Of a stretch of DNA of 64,000 nt, positions 1-9,119 are shown one piece after another. The notes under the pieces were generated by a model. It saw nothing but the letters and a program-made list of their open reading frames with translations, searched no databases and had not been told where the DNA came from. Made by a program: the position numbers and the translations under genes. Each line of letters opens with the position of its first letter. Positions within the stretch are counted from its first letter, which is position 1. The stretch lies in contig NZ_JASGFS010000012.1 of assembly GCF_047605465.1 (NCBI RefSeq), forward strand, positions 22,214-86,213, given 5' to 3'. Origin of the DNA: Bradyrhizobium sp. GTDB taxonomy: Bacteria > Pseudomonadota > Alphaproteobacteria > Rhizobiales > Xanthobacteraceae.

Positions 1-248
1 CCCGATGCGGTGATGTCTGGTTCGATATCGATGGTGCCGACGGACGCGTGCTGCAGCGGCTGGATGCCTCGCGACGCGCTTATCGCTGGCTCTACAGCGC
101 GCTGCATACGCTCGATTTTCCGATCCTGATGGCGCACCCGCTCGTTCGCGATGTTCTCATCGTCGGGCTCTGTGCGCTCGGGCTGATGTTCTCCGTCACC
201 GGAATCGTCATTGGCTGGCGACGTCTGAGCCAGACCTTCGCAGCCTGA
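1..248 (+). CDS. PepSY-associated transmembrane protein, C-terminal fragment (gene starts upstream of the window)
   Basis: The frame of the 48..248 ORF stays open back to base 3 (RCGDVWFDIDGADGRV-LQRLDASRRAYRWLYSALHTLDFP...). It ends in a hydrophobic helix (VLIVGLCALGLMFSVTGIVIGW), as in PepSY_TM/PiuB-type proteins. It lies next to a siderophore-interacting reductase. Confidence 0.55.
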   Translation, partial: RCGDVWFDIDGADGRVLQRLDASRRAYRWLYSALHTLDFPILMAHPLVRDVLIVGLCALGLMFSVTGIVIGWRRLSQTFAA

Positions 249-312
249 GCCCAAATCGCGATCCCGAACCGAGAGCTCGCGCGAGCCGCCGTCCGGCTCA
301 GACGGAAACGTC

Positions 313-1068
313 CTAGTCCAATCCGGTCTTGCCCGGCGCCCAATAGGCCTTGGTCTTCAGGCGCGACGATGACACCCCGGCGGCTTTCACCGCGCGGCTG
401 GCGCGCTGGATCGATGATGCCTTGCCGGTCAGGATGAAAGACGCGCCGCTCTCGGCGAGGCCCGACAGCTTCGCTTCGACGATAGCGAGATGGGCGTCGT
501 CAGTGCCACGCTCGATCAACGTCGCCTCGCCTAGGCCGATCCTCTCAAGCACCAGCCGCGACTCCATGACATCGGAGACCTCGAAGATGTGGGTTGCGCC
601 GGGAGCCCGTGGGCCGGCGAGGAGGGCGGCTGCCAGTCCGAACGAGGTCTCGTCGCCGAACAGGACCACCGGCGATTGCAGTCCGGACAGATCGAGTGAA
701 CGACGCGGTCCCAGGAATTGGCAGCGGCCTCCTTCGCGCAGGCCGCTCGCCCATCGGCTTCCGGGGCCGTCGCCATGCGCGAAAGCGAGCAGCCGGGTTC
801 TACCGTTGTCGGCGTCCCAGGACATCGGCGTATAGGTTCGCGCGCTCAAGCCCGAGCCCATCGATACCTGAATCTTGGCGCCTGCCATCCAGGCGACGCC
901 CTTGAGCGCATCGCCTTCGAGGTCAACGAGCCGGAAGCGGGGCGAGGGCGCCTCGACAGCGGCAATGCGCGCCTCGCGCATCAGCCATCGCAACAATGCC
1001 CGCGTGACCGGGCCTTGCGGCACCCGCATTGGCTCGGAATCCTGCGGCTGGTTGCCGGACTGCATCAA
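313..1068 (-). CDS. Siderophore-interacting (ferric-siderophore reductase, SIP/ViuB-like) FAD-binding protein
   Basis: 251-aa ORF with an R-x-Y-T-P FAD motif (SARTYTPMSW), an NAD(P)-binding half (VVLFGDETSFGL) and the typical C-terminal KAYWAPGK. Confidence 0.75.
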   Translation of the reverse strand: MMQSGNQPQDSEPMRVPQGPVTRALLRWLMREARIAAVEAPSPRFRLVDLEGDALKGVAWMAGAKIQVSMGSGLSARTYTPMSWDADNGRTRLLAFAHGDGPGSRWASGLREGGRCQFLGPRRSLDLSGLQSPVVLFGDETSFGLAAALLAGPRAPGATHIFEVSDVMESRLVLERIGLGEATLIERGTDDAHLAIVEAKLSGLAESGASFILTGKASSIQRASRAVKAAGVSSSRLKTKAYWAPGKTGLD

Positions 1069-1107
1069 GGCTTCACTCCTGTGGTTCAGGTTTCGTGGCG
1101 GCGCGGA

Positions 1108-1816
1108 TCACCTGGTCCTGACCGTGAGTTCGTTGCCGCGCCCGGGATCAAGCGACAGCGGCAGTGAGACATAGCCGTTGCCGGGGTCGCGTACATAGTC
1201 GAGATAGCCAGGGCCTTCGTCGAACGCGTTCTCGCCGATGATGATCGCGCCGGGCTTCAGGTGAGGCTCGAGCAGCTTGAGGATGGGTAGATAGAGCGTG
1301 AACGCGCCGTCCAGCATTACCATGTCGATCTTGCCGCCGACGCCGGGCTTGAGGGTTTCGCGCGCATCGCCGACACGAAACTCAATCAGGTCATCGAGGC
1401 CGGCGGCGGCAAGATTCGCACGTGCACGTTCGACCTTGCCGGGTTCGAGGTCGGTGCCGACCAGGCGGCCACCGCCCATGTCGCGCAAGGCCGCCGCCAT
1501 GTAGATGGCGGAAATGCCCATCGATGACCCGAACTCGACGATACGCGTCGCCTTGCAGGCGCGCGCACATATAGAGAAACCGCCCGAACTGCGGGCTGAC
1601 GCTCAGGAAATTGCCCGCGAGCCCGCGATAGACTTCCGCCAGATCTCTGGTCTCGGCTTCGATGAACTGGCTGATGGTCTCCTGCAGATCGGTCCCTTCG
1701 CCCGCATGAGCCTGCATCAGAGGCGCATCGGCGATATCCGCTTCGTGATGAAGACGCTTGAGAGTGTCGGCGACGAGACCGCTGCTGAGGGAATCCATGT
1801 TTCCGGCTCCGGACAA
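1108..1816 (-). pseudogene. Class I SAM-dependent O-methyltransferase (family 3, caffeoyl-CoA OMT-like) split by a frameshift in a (GC)n run
   Basis: The N-terminal part (frame of ORF 1391..1816) reads ...VSPQFGRFLYMCAR and then turns into Arg-rich nonsense. The C-terminal part (frame of ORF 1108..1521, open 13 codons upstream of its Met) reads ACKATRIVEFGSSMGISAIYMAAALRDMGGGRLVGTDLEP...MVMLDGAF. Together they form a contiguous OMT. The junction is gcgcgcgc at 1559..1566. Confidence 0.6.
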
Positions 1817-1904
1817 TGCGCCTGACGGCGCGCCTGGGAGCCTTGGTACGAAATCGTCCCTGCGGCCGCATTCCGCAAACGGGACAATCTGTTGCGAATT
1901 CCGG

Positions 1905-2765
1905 TCATTGCAGGCCGATGCGGCGGTCCGCGAGATAGCGTGCCGGCGGCTTGCCGAGGGCCTTGCGGAACATGGTGACGAAGGCGCTCGCGCCCTCGTA
2001 GCCGAGATCGAGCGCCACGGTCTGGACCGACGCGCCCTGATCGAGGCGCTGAAGCGCGATCAGGATGTGGAGCTGCTGCCGCCAGCGGCCGAAGCTCATG
2101 CCGGTCTCGCGTTGCAGGATGCGGGTCAGCGTTCGCGGCGCCACCGCCATCCGCCGACCCCATTCATCGATCGTGGCGCGGTCGGACGGATCGGACATCA
2201 TGGCGCTCGCGATCCTGCGCAGCCTGACATCGGCCGGCATCGGAAAACTCAACGCCTCGGCGGGCGCCAGCGCGAGCTGGTCGAGCAGCACCGCGGCGAT
2301 GCGGCCGTCGGCGCCGTCGACGTCGTACAGGACCGGCATCCGCGAGACATGCATCATCAAATGCTCAAGCAATGGCGAGATCGACAGCGTGCAGCATTGC
2401 CGGGGGAGCATCGGCAGGGCATCCGGTTCAACGAACAGGCAATAGACCTCGACGTCTCCGGCGACGCTCACGCTGTGCGGGACGTTGCCGGGGATCCACA
2501 GCGCACAACGGGGCGGCACGATCCAGACGCCTTGCCCGGCCTCGCACCGCACGAGACCGCGCAAGGCCAGGACAAGCTCGTCCTTCCGATGCTCGTGCAT
2601 TCCGACCTCGGTGCCCTTCGTGACCATTTCACCCCCGAAGGCGGCGATGGCGCGCGGCACGTCCTCAGGGTCGAAATGCACGGTATCGTCGGGACGAAGA
2701 TCGTCTTCGTTGAGCCGGAAGAAGGGCATGGTGGGCGGCAGCCGATCCGAATGCGGTGATTTCAA
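1905..2765 (-). CDS. AraC family transcriptional regulator with N-terminal cupin domain
   Basis: Cupin-like N-terminus (GMHEHRKDELVLALRGLV...WIPGNVPHSV) and a C-terminal AraC HTH (IDEWGRRMAVAPRTLTRILQRETGMSFGRWRQQLHILIAL...LGYEGASAFVTMFRKALGKPPARY). An alternative start is at 2729. Confidence 0.85.
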   Translation of the reverse strand: MKSPHSDRLPPTMPFFRLNEDDLRPDDTVHFDPEDVPRAIAAFGGEMVTKGTEVGMHEHRKDELVLALRGLVRCEAGQGVWIVPPRCALWIPGNVPHSVSVAGDVEVYCLFVEPDALPMLPRQCCTLSISPLLEHLMMHVSRMPVLYDVDGADGRIAAVLLDQLALAPAEALSFPMPADVRLRRIASAMMSDPSDRATIDEWGRRMAVAPRTLTRILQRETGMSFGRWRQQLHILIALQRLDQGASVQTVALDLGYEGASAFVTMFRKALGKPPARYLADRRIGLQ

Positions 2766-2996
2766 TCACGCAATATCTGGCCCGCGGCCGCAACTTTCAA
2801 CGCAGGGCGCCGCAATATTGACCGGTTCTAACCGGGATTTGGCCTGCCGGCGGGCTCGTCGGCTGCCCCTCCGGGAAGACCGGCTGCCCGCCGAGGCGTC
2901 ATAGATCCCTTTCCGGCGGACGTCTTTCGGTGTAGCTCTGCGCGCATGAGCGGCGGGCGTACCGTCGCCAACGAGATCATGCAGGAGGTCACGAGG

Positions 2997-4430
2997 ATGT
3001 ACCCGAAAGTTCAGATGTTCATCGCCGGCGAATGGACCGACGGCACCTCCGGCAAGTCGGAAGACATCCTCAATCCCGCCACCGGCCAGCCGATCGGCAA
3101 GACGCCGCACGCTTCGCGCCAGGACCTCGACCGGGCGCTCGAGGCCGCCAAGGCCGGCTTCGAAATCTGGCGCAAGACATCGCCGTTCGACCGCTACAAG
3201 CTGATGCGGAAGGCGGCCGACATCATCCGCTCGCGCGCGGCCGAGATCGCGCCGGTCATGACCATGGAGCAGGGCAAGCCGGTCGTCGAAGCGCAAGGCG
3301 AGACCATGCTGGCCGGCGACATCATCGACTGGTTTTCCGAGGAGGCCCGCCGCGCCTATGGCCGCATCGTGCCGCCGCGGATGGGCAACGTCTCCCAGCT
3401 CGTGACGAAGGAGCCGGTCGGCCCGGTCGCAGCCTTCACGCCCTGGAATTTCCCGATCAACCAGGCGGTCCGCAAGATCTCGGCCGCGCTCGCCGCGGGT
3501 TGCTCAATCATCGTGAAGGGGCCCGAGGAAACGCCTGCGAGCTGCATGGAGCTGGTGCGGGCCTATGCCGATGCGGGCATTCCCGCCGGCGTCGTGCAGC
3601 TGGTGTTCGGCGTGCCGTCGGAAGTGTCGGAATATCTCATTCCGCATCCGGTCATCCGCAAGATCAGCTTCACTGGCTCGACCGCCGTCGGCAAGCATCT
3701 GGCGGCACTCGCGGGCCTGCACATGAAGCGCGTCACCATGGAGCTCGGCGGCCATGCGCCGGCCATCGTGTTCGCGGATGCCGATCTCGACAACGCCGCC
3801 AAGATCCTGTCGGCGAACAAGTTCCGCAACGCCGGTCAGGTCTGCGTCTCGCCGACGCGCTTCCTCGTGCACGAGAGCGTCTACGAGCCGTTCGTCGACA
3901 AGTTCGTGGCGGCGGCCAAGAGCCTCAAGGTCGGCAACGGCCTCGACAAGGAGACCCGCATGGGGCCGCTGGCCAACCCGCGCCGTGTCGACGCGATGGA
4001 AGGCTTCGTCGCCGACGCGGTGCAGCGGGGCGCCAAGGTGCGGGCCGGAGGCAAGCGTATCGGCAACGAGGGCTTCTTCTTCGAGCCGACCGTGCTGACC
4101 GACGTGCCGCGCGATGCGCGCATCATGAACGACGAGCCGTTCGGGCCGCTGGCGCCGATCACCTCGTTCCGCAGCTATGACGAGGTGGTGGCCGAAGCGA
4201 ACCGTCTGCCCTACGGGCTTGCGGCCTATGCCTATACGACCTCGACCAAGACGATGCAGGCGATCGGCGCCGACGTCGAGAGCGGCATGGTGTCGATCAA
4301 CCATCACGGCCTCGCGCTGCCGGAGGTGCCGTTCGGCGGCATCAAGGATTCCGGCTACGGCTCCGAGGGCGGCCTCGAGGCCATCGAAGGCTATCTCAAC
4401 ACCAAGTTCGTGACCCAGGCGAGCGCGTAG
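2997..4430 (+). CDS. NAD(P)+-dependent aldehyde dehydrogenase, succinate-semialdehyde dehydrogenase-like
   Basis: ALDH hallmarks are present: [34 protein letters not shown] (catalytic Cys), [21 protein letters not shown] chose the start at 2997 ([13 protein letters not shown]) because AGGAGG lies 8 nt upstream. The listed ORF begins at 2946. Confidence 0.9.
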   Translation: MYPKVQMFIAGEWTDGTSGKSEDILNPATGQPIGKTPHASRQDLDRALEAAKAGFEIWRKTSPFDRYKLMRKAADIIRSRAAEIAPVMTMEQGKPVVEAQGETMLAGDIIDWFSEEARRAYGRIVPPRMGNVSQLVTKEPVGPVAAFTPWNFPINQAVRKISAALAAGCSIIVKGPEETPASCMELVRAYADAGIPAGVVQLVFGVPSEVSEYLIPHPVIRKISFTGSTAVGKHLAALAGLHMKRVTMELGGHAPAIVFADADLDNAAKILSANKFRNAGQVCVSPTRFLVHESVYEPFVDKFVAAAKSLKVGNGLDKETRMGPLANPRRVDAMEGFVADAVQRGAKVRAGGKRIGNEGFFFEPTVLTDVPRDARIMNDEPFGPLAPITSFRSYDEVVAEANRLPYGLAAYAYTTSTKTMQAIGADVESGMVSINHHGLALPEVPFGGIKDSGYGSEGGLEAIEGYLNTKFVTQASA

Positions 4431-4444
4431 GCTCGCCAGCCAAC

Positions 4445-4476
4445 GGGACGCGTCACGGCGTGCCGTGACGCGTCCC
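4445..4476. terminator. Strong inverted repeat between convergent genes (candidate bidirectional terminator)
   Basis: gggacgcgtcacggc-gt-gccgtgacgcgtccc has perfect 15-nt arms. It lies 15 nt after the ALDH stop and overlaps the last codons and stop of the MFS gene. There is no T-tract. Confidence 0.5.
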
Positions 4477-5613
4477 GCCTGGCGTCGCGGTGACCGTGCC
4501 GGCGGAAAGCGTGACGAGGCACATCAGCGCGGCGAGCATCCAGAACGCCGTGGCGAGCCCGCCGGCATGGGCGACGAAACCGATCCCGGCAGGGCCGACC
4601 AGGATGCCCGCGTAGCCGGCGGTGGTGATTGCCGCGACGGCAACGCCGACAGGCATCGCGGTCTGCTTGGCCGCGCCGCGGAACAGGACCGGCACGAGGT
4701 TCGACGCACCAAGGCCGATCAGCAGGAAGCCGGCGATGGCAAGGGCTGCGCCCTGGGCCGTCAGCAGCACCGCGAAGCCCGCGATCGCGAGCAAGCTCCC
4801 CCAGGACAGCGTCGCGCGATCGCCGATACGCGCAACGACCGCGTCTCCGCCGAGCCGGCCGGCCGTCATCGCGATCGAGAAGACGATATACCCGATGCCG
4901 CCCTGGGCTTCGGGAACCAGCGCCGCGCCGATGATCAGCAGTGCGCCCCAGTCGAGCACCGCGCCTTCGACGAGGAAAGTGATGGCCGCAAGCAGCGCCA
5001 GCAGCAGTACGCGTCCGCGCGGCAGGACGAAGAGCGGTCCTTCCTGTGCGGGTGCTGAGCGCAACAGGCGCGGCCAGGCCAGCCCCATCGCGATCAGCAT
5101 CAGGACGGAGCAGATCAGCGAGCTCGCGAGCGCGCCGAGATGGAGCGACAGCAGCGCCGTCATCAAGGCGGATCCCGCGAAACCGCCGATGCTGAAGAGC
5201 GCGTGGAATCCGGACATCAGCGGGCGTCCCGCCGCGCGTTCGACCTCGACCGCATGGATGTTCACGGCGACGTCGATGGACCCGAGCGCGGCGCCGAATG
5301 CGAGAAGCGCCAAGGCGAGCATCGCCGGCGAGGCGGCCATCACCAGCAGCGGAAGGACGAGGGCAAGCCCAATTCCACCCGCGATGATGATCGGCCTGCT
5401 GCCGTAACGGGCGCTCAGAATCCCCGTCGCAAGCATCGCGACGACCGAGCCGATCCCGAGGCTGAGGAGCAACAACCCAAGCGTCCCGTCGTCCACCGCG
5501 AGCCGTTCCTTCGCAAACGGCACGAGCGGCGCCCAGCACGCGATGCCGAAGCCCGCGACCAGAAATGAAAGCCGCGTCGCGAGCCGTGTCTCCGGCCGGT
5601 CTGCAGAAGTCAT
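4453..5613 (-). CDS. MFS transporter
   Basis: About 12 hydrophobic segments throughout (LSFLVAGFGIACWAPLV..., LLLSLGIGSVVAMLATG..., GFLLIGLGASNLVPVLF...). I moved the start to ATG 5613 (MTSADRPETRL). The upstream 48 codons of the listed ORF are non-membrane and His/Arg-rich. Confidence 0.85.
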   Translation of the reverse strand: MTSADRPETRLATRLSFLVAGFGIACWAPLVPFAKERLAVDDGTLGLLLLSLGIGSVVAMLATGILSARYGSRPIIIAGGIGLALVLPLLVMAASPAMLALALLAFGAALGSIDVAVNIHAVEVERAAGRPLMSGFHALFSIGGFAGSALMTALLSLHLGALASSLICSVLMLIAMGLAWPRLLRSAPAQEGPLFVLPRGRVLLLALLAAITFLVEGAVLDWGALLIIGAALVPEAQGGIGYIVFSIAMTAGRLGGDAVVARIGDRATLSWGSLLAIAGFAVLLTAQGAALAIAGFLLIGLGASNLVPVLFRGAAKQTAMPVGVAVAAITTAGYAGILVGPAGIGFVAHAGGLATAFWMLAALMCLVTLSAGTVTATPGGTRHGTP

Positions 5614-5877
5614 CGATGAACTCCGAACTAGAAGGGAACCACGCGATCGCGGGTGAGACCGGAATGCAGGATTCGGATGTGTGGTGTGGTTGTATCCGAC
5701 AGGGCATGACATCACGTCATGGGCATGGCGGCGCCGATGACAGATGGTCGCGGACACCTGAGTGAAGGCCGTGTCGTTCCGATGCGCGATCGCGCAGGGG
5801 CCAGATCAATCGCCGTCGCGTTCAGGCCGGATGCGTGGCTCGCCTCGCTATCTCACCATTGATTCGGTCTCAAGCCC

Positions 5878-6414
5878 GTGGCCGAGTTGAGCAACGCGGG
5901 CAAGGTCATCTTTCAGGGGATGACCAGAGTACCTTATTTGAAAGTCAGCGCCTGCCGCGTATTTCCATCAATGCGGATTGAGTCTGAGTCGTTGCGTTTG
6001 AGTGAGGAAGTGAGTTTTCAGCTATCGACACTCAAAATACTCGCTGGACAACCGGATGGCCGGGCCAGCGTCGAAGTCGTCAAACAACATTTGGCGCTCT
6101 TCTACACGGTCGGCCCGGAGTGGACCGAGCGCATGAAGCGTTTGGCCGACCGGGCTCCGGGCCTCGACATCTTCAGCCAGAAGCTCGTCGTGCGCGAGCC
6201 CGGCGAGTGGATTCTAACCGAGGCGGGGCGTCTCTTTCTTGAAACGCTGGAGCGTGGCGGCTCGGTCCCTGAAGCCGCGCGGGACGACGTCATGGACCGC
6301 GGTGCCGAACAACAAACCCTGTTGCCCGCGCCGAGCCTGCCCCCGACGTCCACCGAGCGCCGGAAACGGCGCGACGTGAGGCGGGGCAGGGAGCGAACGA
6401 ACCGCTGCGCTTAG
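5878..6414 (+). CDS. Hypothetical protein, possible winged-helix (Mrr_N-like) fold with basic C-terminal tail
   Basis: It is the only sizeable ORF in this gap. The segment LSTLKILAGQPDGRASVEVVKQHLALFY...GEWILTEAGRLFLETLE resembles stand-alone winged-helix domains. Codon usage is atypical for the window (many TTG, AAA, CAA, CTA). The start is uncertain: GTG 5878, ATG 5920 or ATG 5971. Confidence 0.4.
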   Translation: MAELSNAGKVIFQGMTRVPYLKVSACRVFPSMRIESESLRLSEEVSFQLSTLKILAGQPDGRASVEVVKQHLALFYTVGPEWTERMKRLADRAPGLDIFSQKLVVREPGEWILTEAGRLFLETLERGGSVPEAARDDVMDRGAEQQTLLPAPSLPPTSTERRKRRDVRRGRERTNRCA

Positions 6415-6507
6415 CTGCCGAAGCCTTGCACGGCATGTGCAGCCATGCTGCTGCGGCGGGCGCAAGGGAGTTCTTGCGCTCCGCCAAGCGATCAAGCGGC
6501 CAACCGC

Positions 6508-7599
6508 TCAGCGCGGCAGATTCCGCATCGAGGGATGCGATCGCGCATATTGCGGCGGGAACGCCGCCCTTTGGCCGAGCTTCTCGGCCGCATGCCAGCT
6601 CCAGCGCGGATCGTAGGTCATGCCCCGGCCGATCGCGATCAGATCGGCCGCGCCGCTGTCGAGGATCTGTTCGGCATGCTGTCCGTCTCCGATCATTCCA
6701 ACAGCCATCGTGGCGATGCCGGCCTGCTCCCTGATCGCGGCCGAGAACGGCACCTGGTAGCCGGGCCCGACCGTGATCTTCTGTTCGGGCACCACGCCGC
6801 CGCTCGACGGCGTGACGTAATCGCACCCAAGGGCCTTGAGCTCCTTGGCGAACGTCACGGAAGCGTCGATGTCCCAGCCGCCGTCCACCCAGTCCGTCGC
6901 GGAAATGCGAACGCCGAGCGGCAGGTTTTCCGGCCACGCCGCGCGGACGGCCTTGAAGACCGAGAGCGGGAATTTCATCCGGCCCTCGATGTCGCCGCCA
7001 TAGGCGTCGGTGCGATCATTGCTCAGCGGCGAGAGGAAAGAGTTCAGGAGATAGCCGTGCGCGCAATGCAGCTCCAGCAAATCGAGGCCGGCTTCGTGCG
7101 CCCTGCGGGTGGCGGCAACGTAGTCGGCGGTCAGCTTCGCCAACGCGGCATCGTCGAGCGCTGCCGGTGTTCGCCGGCCGGGATAGGGCGTCGTCGACGG
7201 CCCGACGGTGTCCCAGCCTCCTTCGGCGACCGATAGCTCCTTGCCCGTGAGCCAGGGCGGTGCGACCGAAGCCTTGCGGCCCGCATGAGCGAGCTGGATT
7301 CCGATCTTCACACCGCCATGCGCGTGGGCGAAATCGGTCACGCGGCGCAGGCCCTCGACCTGCGCATCCGACCACAGGCCGAGGCACACGGGGCTGACCC
7401 GTCCGCTGGGCTGCACCGCGGTGGCCTCCATGATGACGAGGCCGGGGCCCGACACGGCCAGCGAGCCGATATGCATCAGGTGCCAATCTCCGGCCACGCC
7501 GCCGTCGATCGCCGAATACTGCGCCATCGGAGAGACGACGATGCGGTTGTCGAGTTGCAGGCCGCGGAGGGAGAACGGTGAGAAAAGGCTCGATGGCAT
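6508..7599 (-). CDS. NADH:flavin oxidoreductase / ene-reductase, Old Yellow Enzyme family (YqjM-like class)
   Basis: NRIVVSPMAQYS, IQLAHAGRKAS, ELHCAHGYLLNSFLSPLSNDRTDAYGG, ISATDWVDGGW, ADLIAIGRGMTYDPRW. I trimmed the start to ATG 7599 (MPSSLFSPFSLRGL). Confidence 0.9.
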   Translation of the reverse strand: MPSSLFSPFSLRGLQLDNRIVVSPMAQYSAIDGGVAGDWHLMHIGSLAVSGPGLVIMEATAVQPSGRVSPVCLGLWSDAQVEGLRRVTDFAHAHGGVKIGIQLAHAGRKASVAPPWLTGKELSVAEGGWDTVGPSTTPYPGRRTPAALDDAALAKLTADYVAATRRAHEAGLDLLELHCAHGYLLNSFLSPLSNDRTDAYGGDIEGRMKFPLSVFKAVRAAWPENLPLGVRISATDWVDGGWDIDASVTFAKELKALGCDYVTPSSGGVVPEQKITVGPGYQVPFSAAIREQAGIATMAVGMIGDGQHAEQILDSGAADLIAIGRGMTYDPRWSWHAAEKLGQRAAFPPQYARSHPSMRNLPR

Positions 7600-7652
7600 T
7601 GCTTGTGTCTTCTTCTGGCGTGGGACGTCGTGAGGTGCGGATATGACGGGGT

Positions 7653-8813
7653 TCAACTGCCGGCGAGCGGTTGCTCGTCCATCGTTCGCAGCCCCGCGGC
7701 CCATTTGTTCAGCCACCATCCGTATTGCTGGGGCCATGTCTCGAAGTGCTGTTCCGCGCCGAGAACCTCTGCCGCATGCCGCGCCCAGAACGGATTGAAG
7801 AGCATCTGGCGACCGATCGCGATCAGGTCGGCCTTGCCGTCCCTGAGAACCTGTTCGGCGAGTTGCGGCGTCCGGATGAATCCGACGGCCTGCGTGAGCG
7901 CGCCGGTTTCCTTGCGGATCCTTTCCGCGAAGGGCACCTGATATCCCGGCCCGCGGGTCAGGCTGGAGTTCGTTGCGCCGCCCGAGAGATTGCCGCCGGA
8001 CGAGCAGTCGATGACGTCGACGCCACGGCTGAGAAGCTCGCGCGAGAGCTCGACGCTGTCGTCCATCGTCCAGCCGCCATCGATCCAGTCGGTCGAGGAG
8101 ATGCGGACGAACAGCGGCACGCTGTCGGGAAGGGCGCGCCGAACTGCATCGGTGACCTCGAGCGGAAAGCGCATCCGGTTTTCCAGCGAGCCGCCGTATT
8201 CATCCGTGCGAATGTTGGCGAGCGGAGACAGGAAGCTCTGCAGCAGATAGCCGTGGGCCATGTGGATCTCGATGATCTCGAAGCCTGCATCGAGTGCGCG
8301 CAGCGCGGTCGCCACGAAGCCTTGCAGTGTCTCCTGCATGCCGGCGCGCGACAGGGCCTGAGGTACGAGCCATCCGTTTGCAAACGGCTTGTCCGATGGT
8401 CCCACCGGTGTCCAGGTTTCGTCGCCGTTGGCGATGTTCTGCGCGGTCAGCGGTCCGTTGCCTTCCCATGCCCGCTGAGCGCTTCCCTTCCGTCCGCCAT
8501 GCGCGATCTGAATGGCAGGTGCGGAGCCGTGGGATTTCAGCGCTGACGTGATCGGCCGCAGGGCCTCGACTTGCTTCTCTTCCCAAAGGCCGAGGCAGCC
8601 GTTTGTGATCCTGCCGTCGCGGGTGATCGCCGTTTCCTCGATGAAGACCGTGCCTGCTCCGCCCATCGCGAACTTGCCGTAGTGCAGCAAATGAAACTGC
8701 GTGGGATAGCCGTTCTCGGCGCAATACATCGCCATCGGCGACACGACGATCCGGTTTCGAAGCTCCAGCCCACGGATTTTCAGGGGCTGGAAAAGCAACG
8801 CTTTGCTCTGCAT
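7653..8813 (-). CDS. NADH:flavin oxidoreductase / ene-reductase, Old Yellow Enzyme family (tandem paralogue)
   Basis: NRIVVSPMAMYC, IQIAHGGRKGS, EIHMAHGYLLQSFLSPLANIRTDEYGG, ISSTDWIDGGW, ADLIAIGRQMLFNPFW. Confidence 0.9.
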   Translation of the reverse strand: MQSKALLFQPLKIRGLELRNRIVVSPMAMYCAENGYPTQFHLLHYGKFAMGGAGTVFIEETAITRDGRITNGCLGLWEEKQVEALRPITSALKSHGSAPAIQIAHGGRKGSAQRAWEGNGPLTAQNIANGDETWTPVGPSDKPFANGWLVPQALSRAGMQETLQGFVATALRALDAGFEIIEIHMAHGYLLQSFLSPLANIRTDEYGGSLENRMRFPLEVTDAVRRALPDSVPLFVRISSTDWIDGGWTMDDSVELSRELLSRGVDVIDCSSGGNLSGGATNSSLTRGPGYQVPFAERIRKETGALTQAVGFIRTPQLAEQVLRDGKADLIAIGRQMLFNPFWARHAAEVLGAEQHFETWPQQYGWWLNKWAAGLRTMDEQPLAGS

Positions 8814-8919
8814 GGGTCCTCCGAGGTGTTTTGTCGTCCGTGTCCTTGATGATCCGACGTGCCGGATTCGACCGGGCGATGAAGTTGGAAAACCGCCGTG
8901 CCGATAGGTCGCAGGAAAA

Positions 8920-8931
8920 GGAAACGTTTCA
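8920..8931. promoter_or_regulatory. LacI-family-type operator candidate, site 1 (GGAAACGTTTCA)
   Basis: Perfect 10-bp palindrome GAAACGTTTC with a central CG, 107 bp upstream of the OYE gene start at 8813. The 12-mer is the exact reverse complement of the site at 9120..9131. Confidence 0.5.
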
Positions 8932-9119
8932 AAACACCCATTAGGTTCTCGGTGATCGGCCTGTCAACCCATGAGCTCCGATGCGATCGACGGCAAAAGT
9001 AGCTCCCGGCCGCAATATGCAGGATTTGGCTCGAAAATGGCTGTAATTCGATGCCTCACGTTCTCCTGAATGGGGGCGGAGGGGCGCTTGACAGGCCGGT
9101 TGGGCTTGGCGTACTGCCT

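Noticed and set aside
249-312. Short palindromes (gctcgcgcgagc; ccgtc-N7-gacgg) between the convergent PepSY and SIP genes as a terminator.
   Set aside because: The stems are only 5-6 bp or lack a loop. That is too weak to call a terminator.
5706-5722. Inverted repeat catgac-atcac-gtcatg upstream of the MFS gene as a regulator binding site.
   Set aside because: It has only a 6-bp stem, no second copy and no adjacent regulator gene. It cannot be distinguished from chance.
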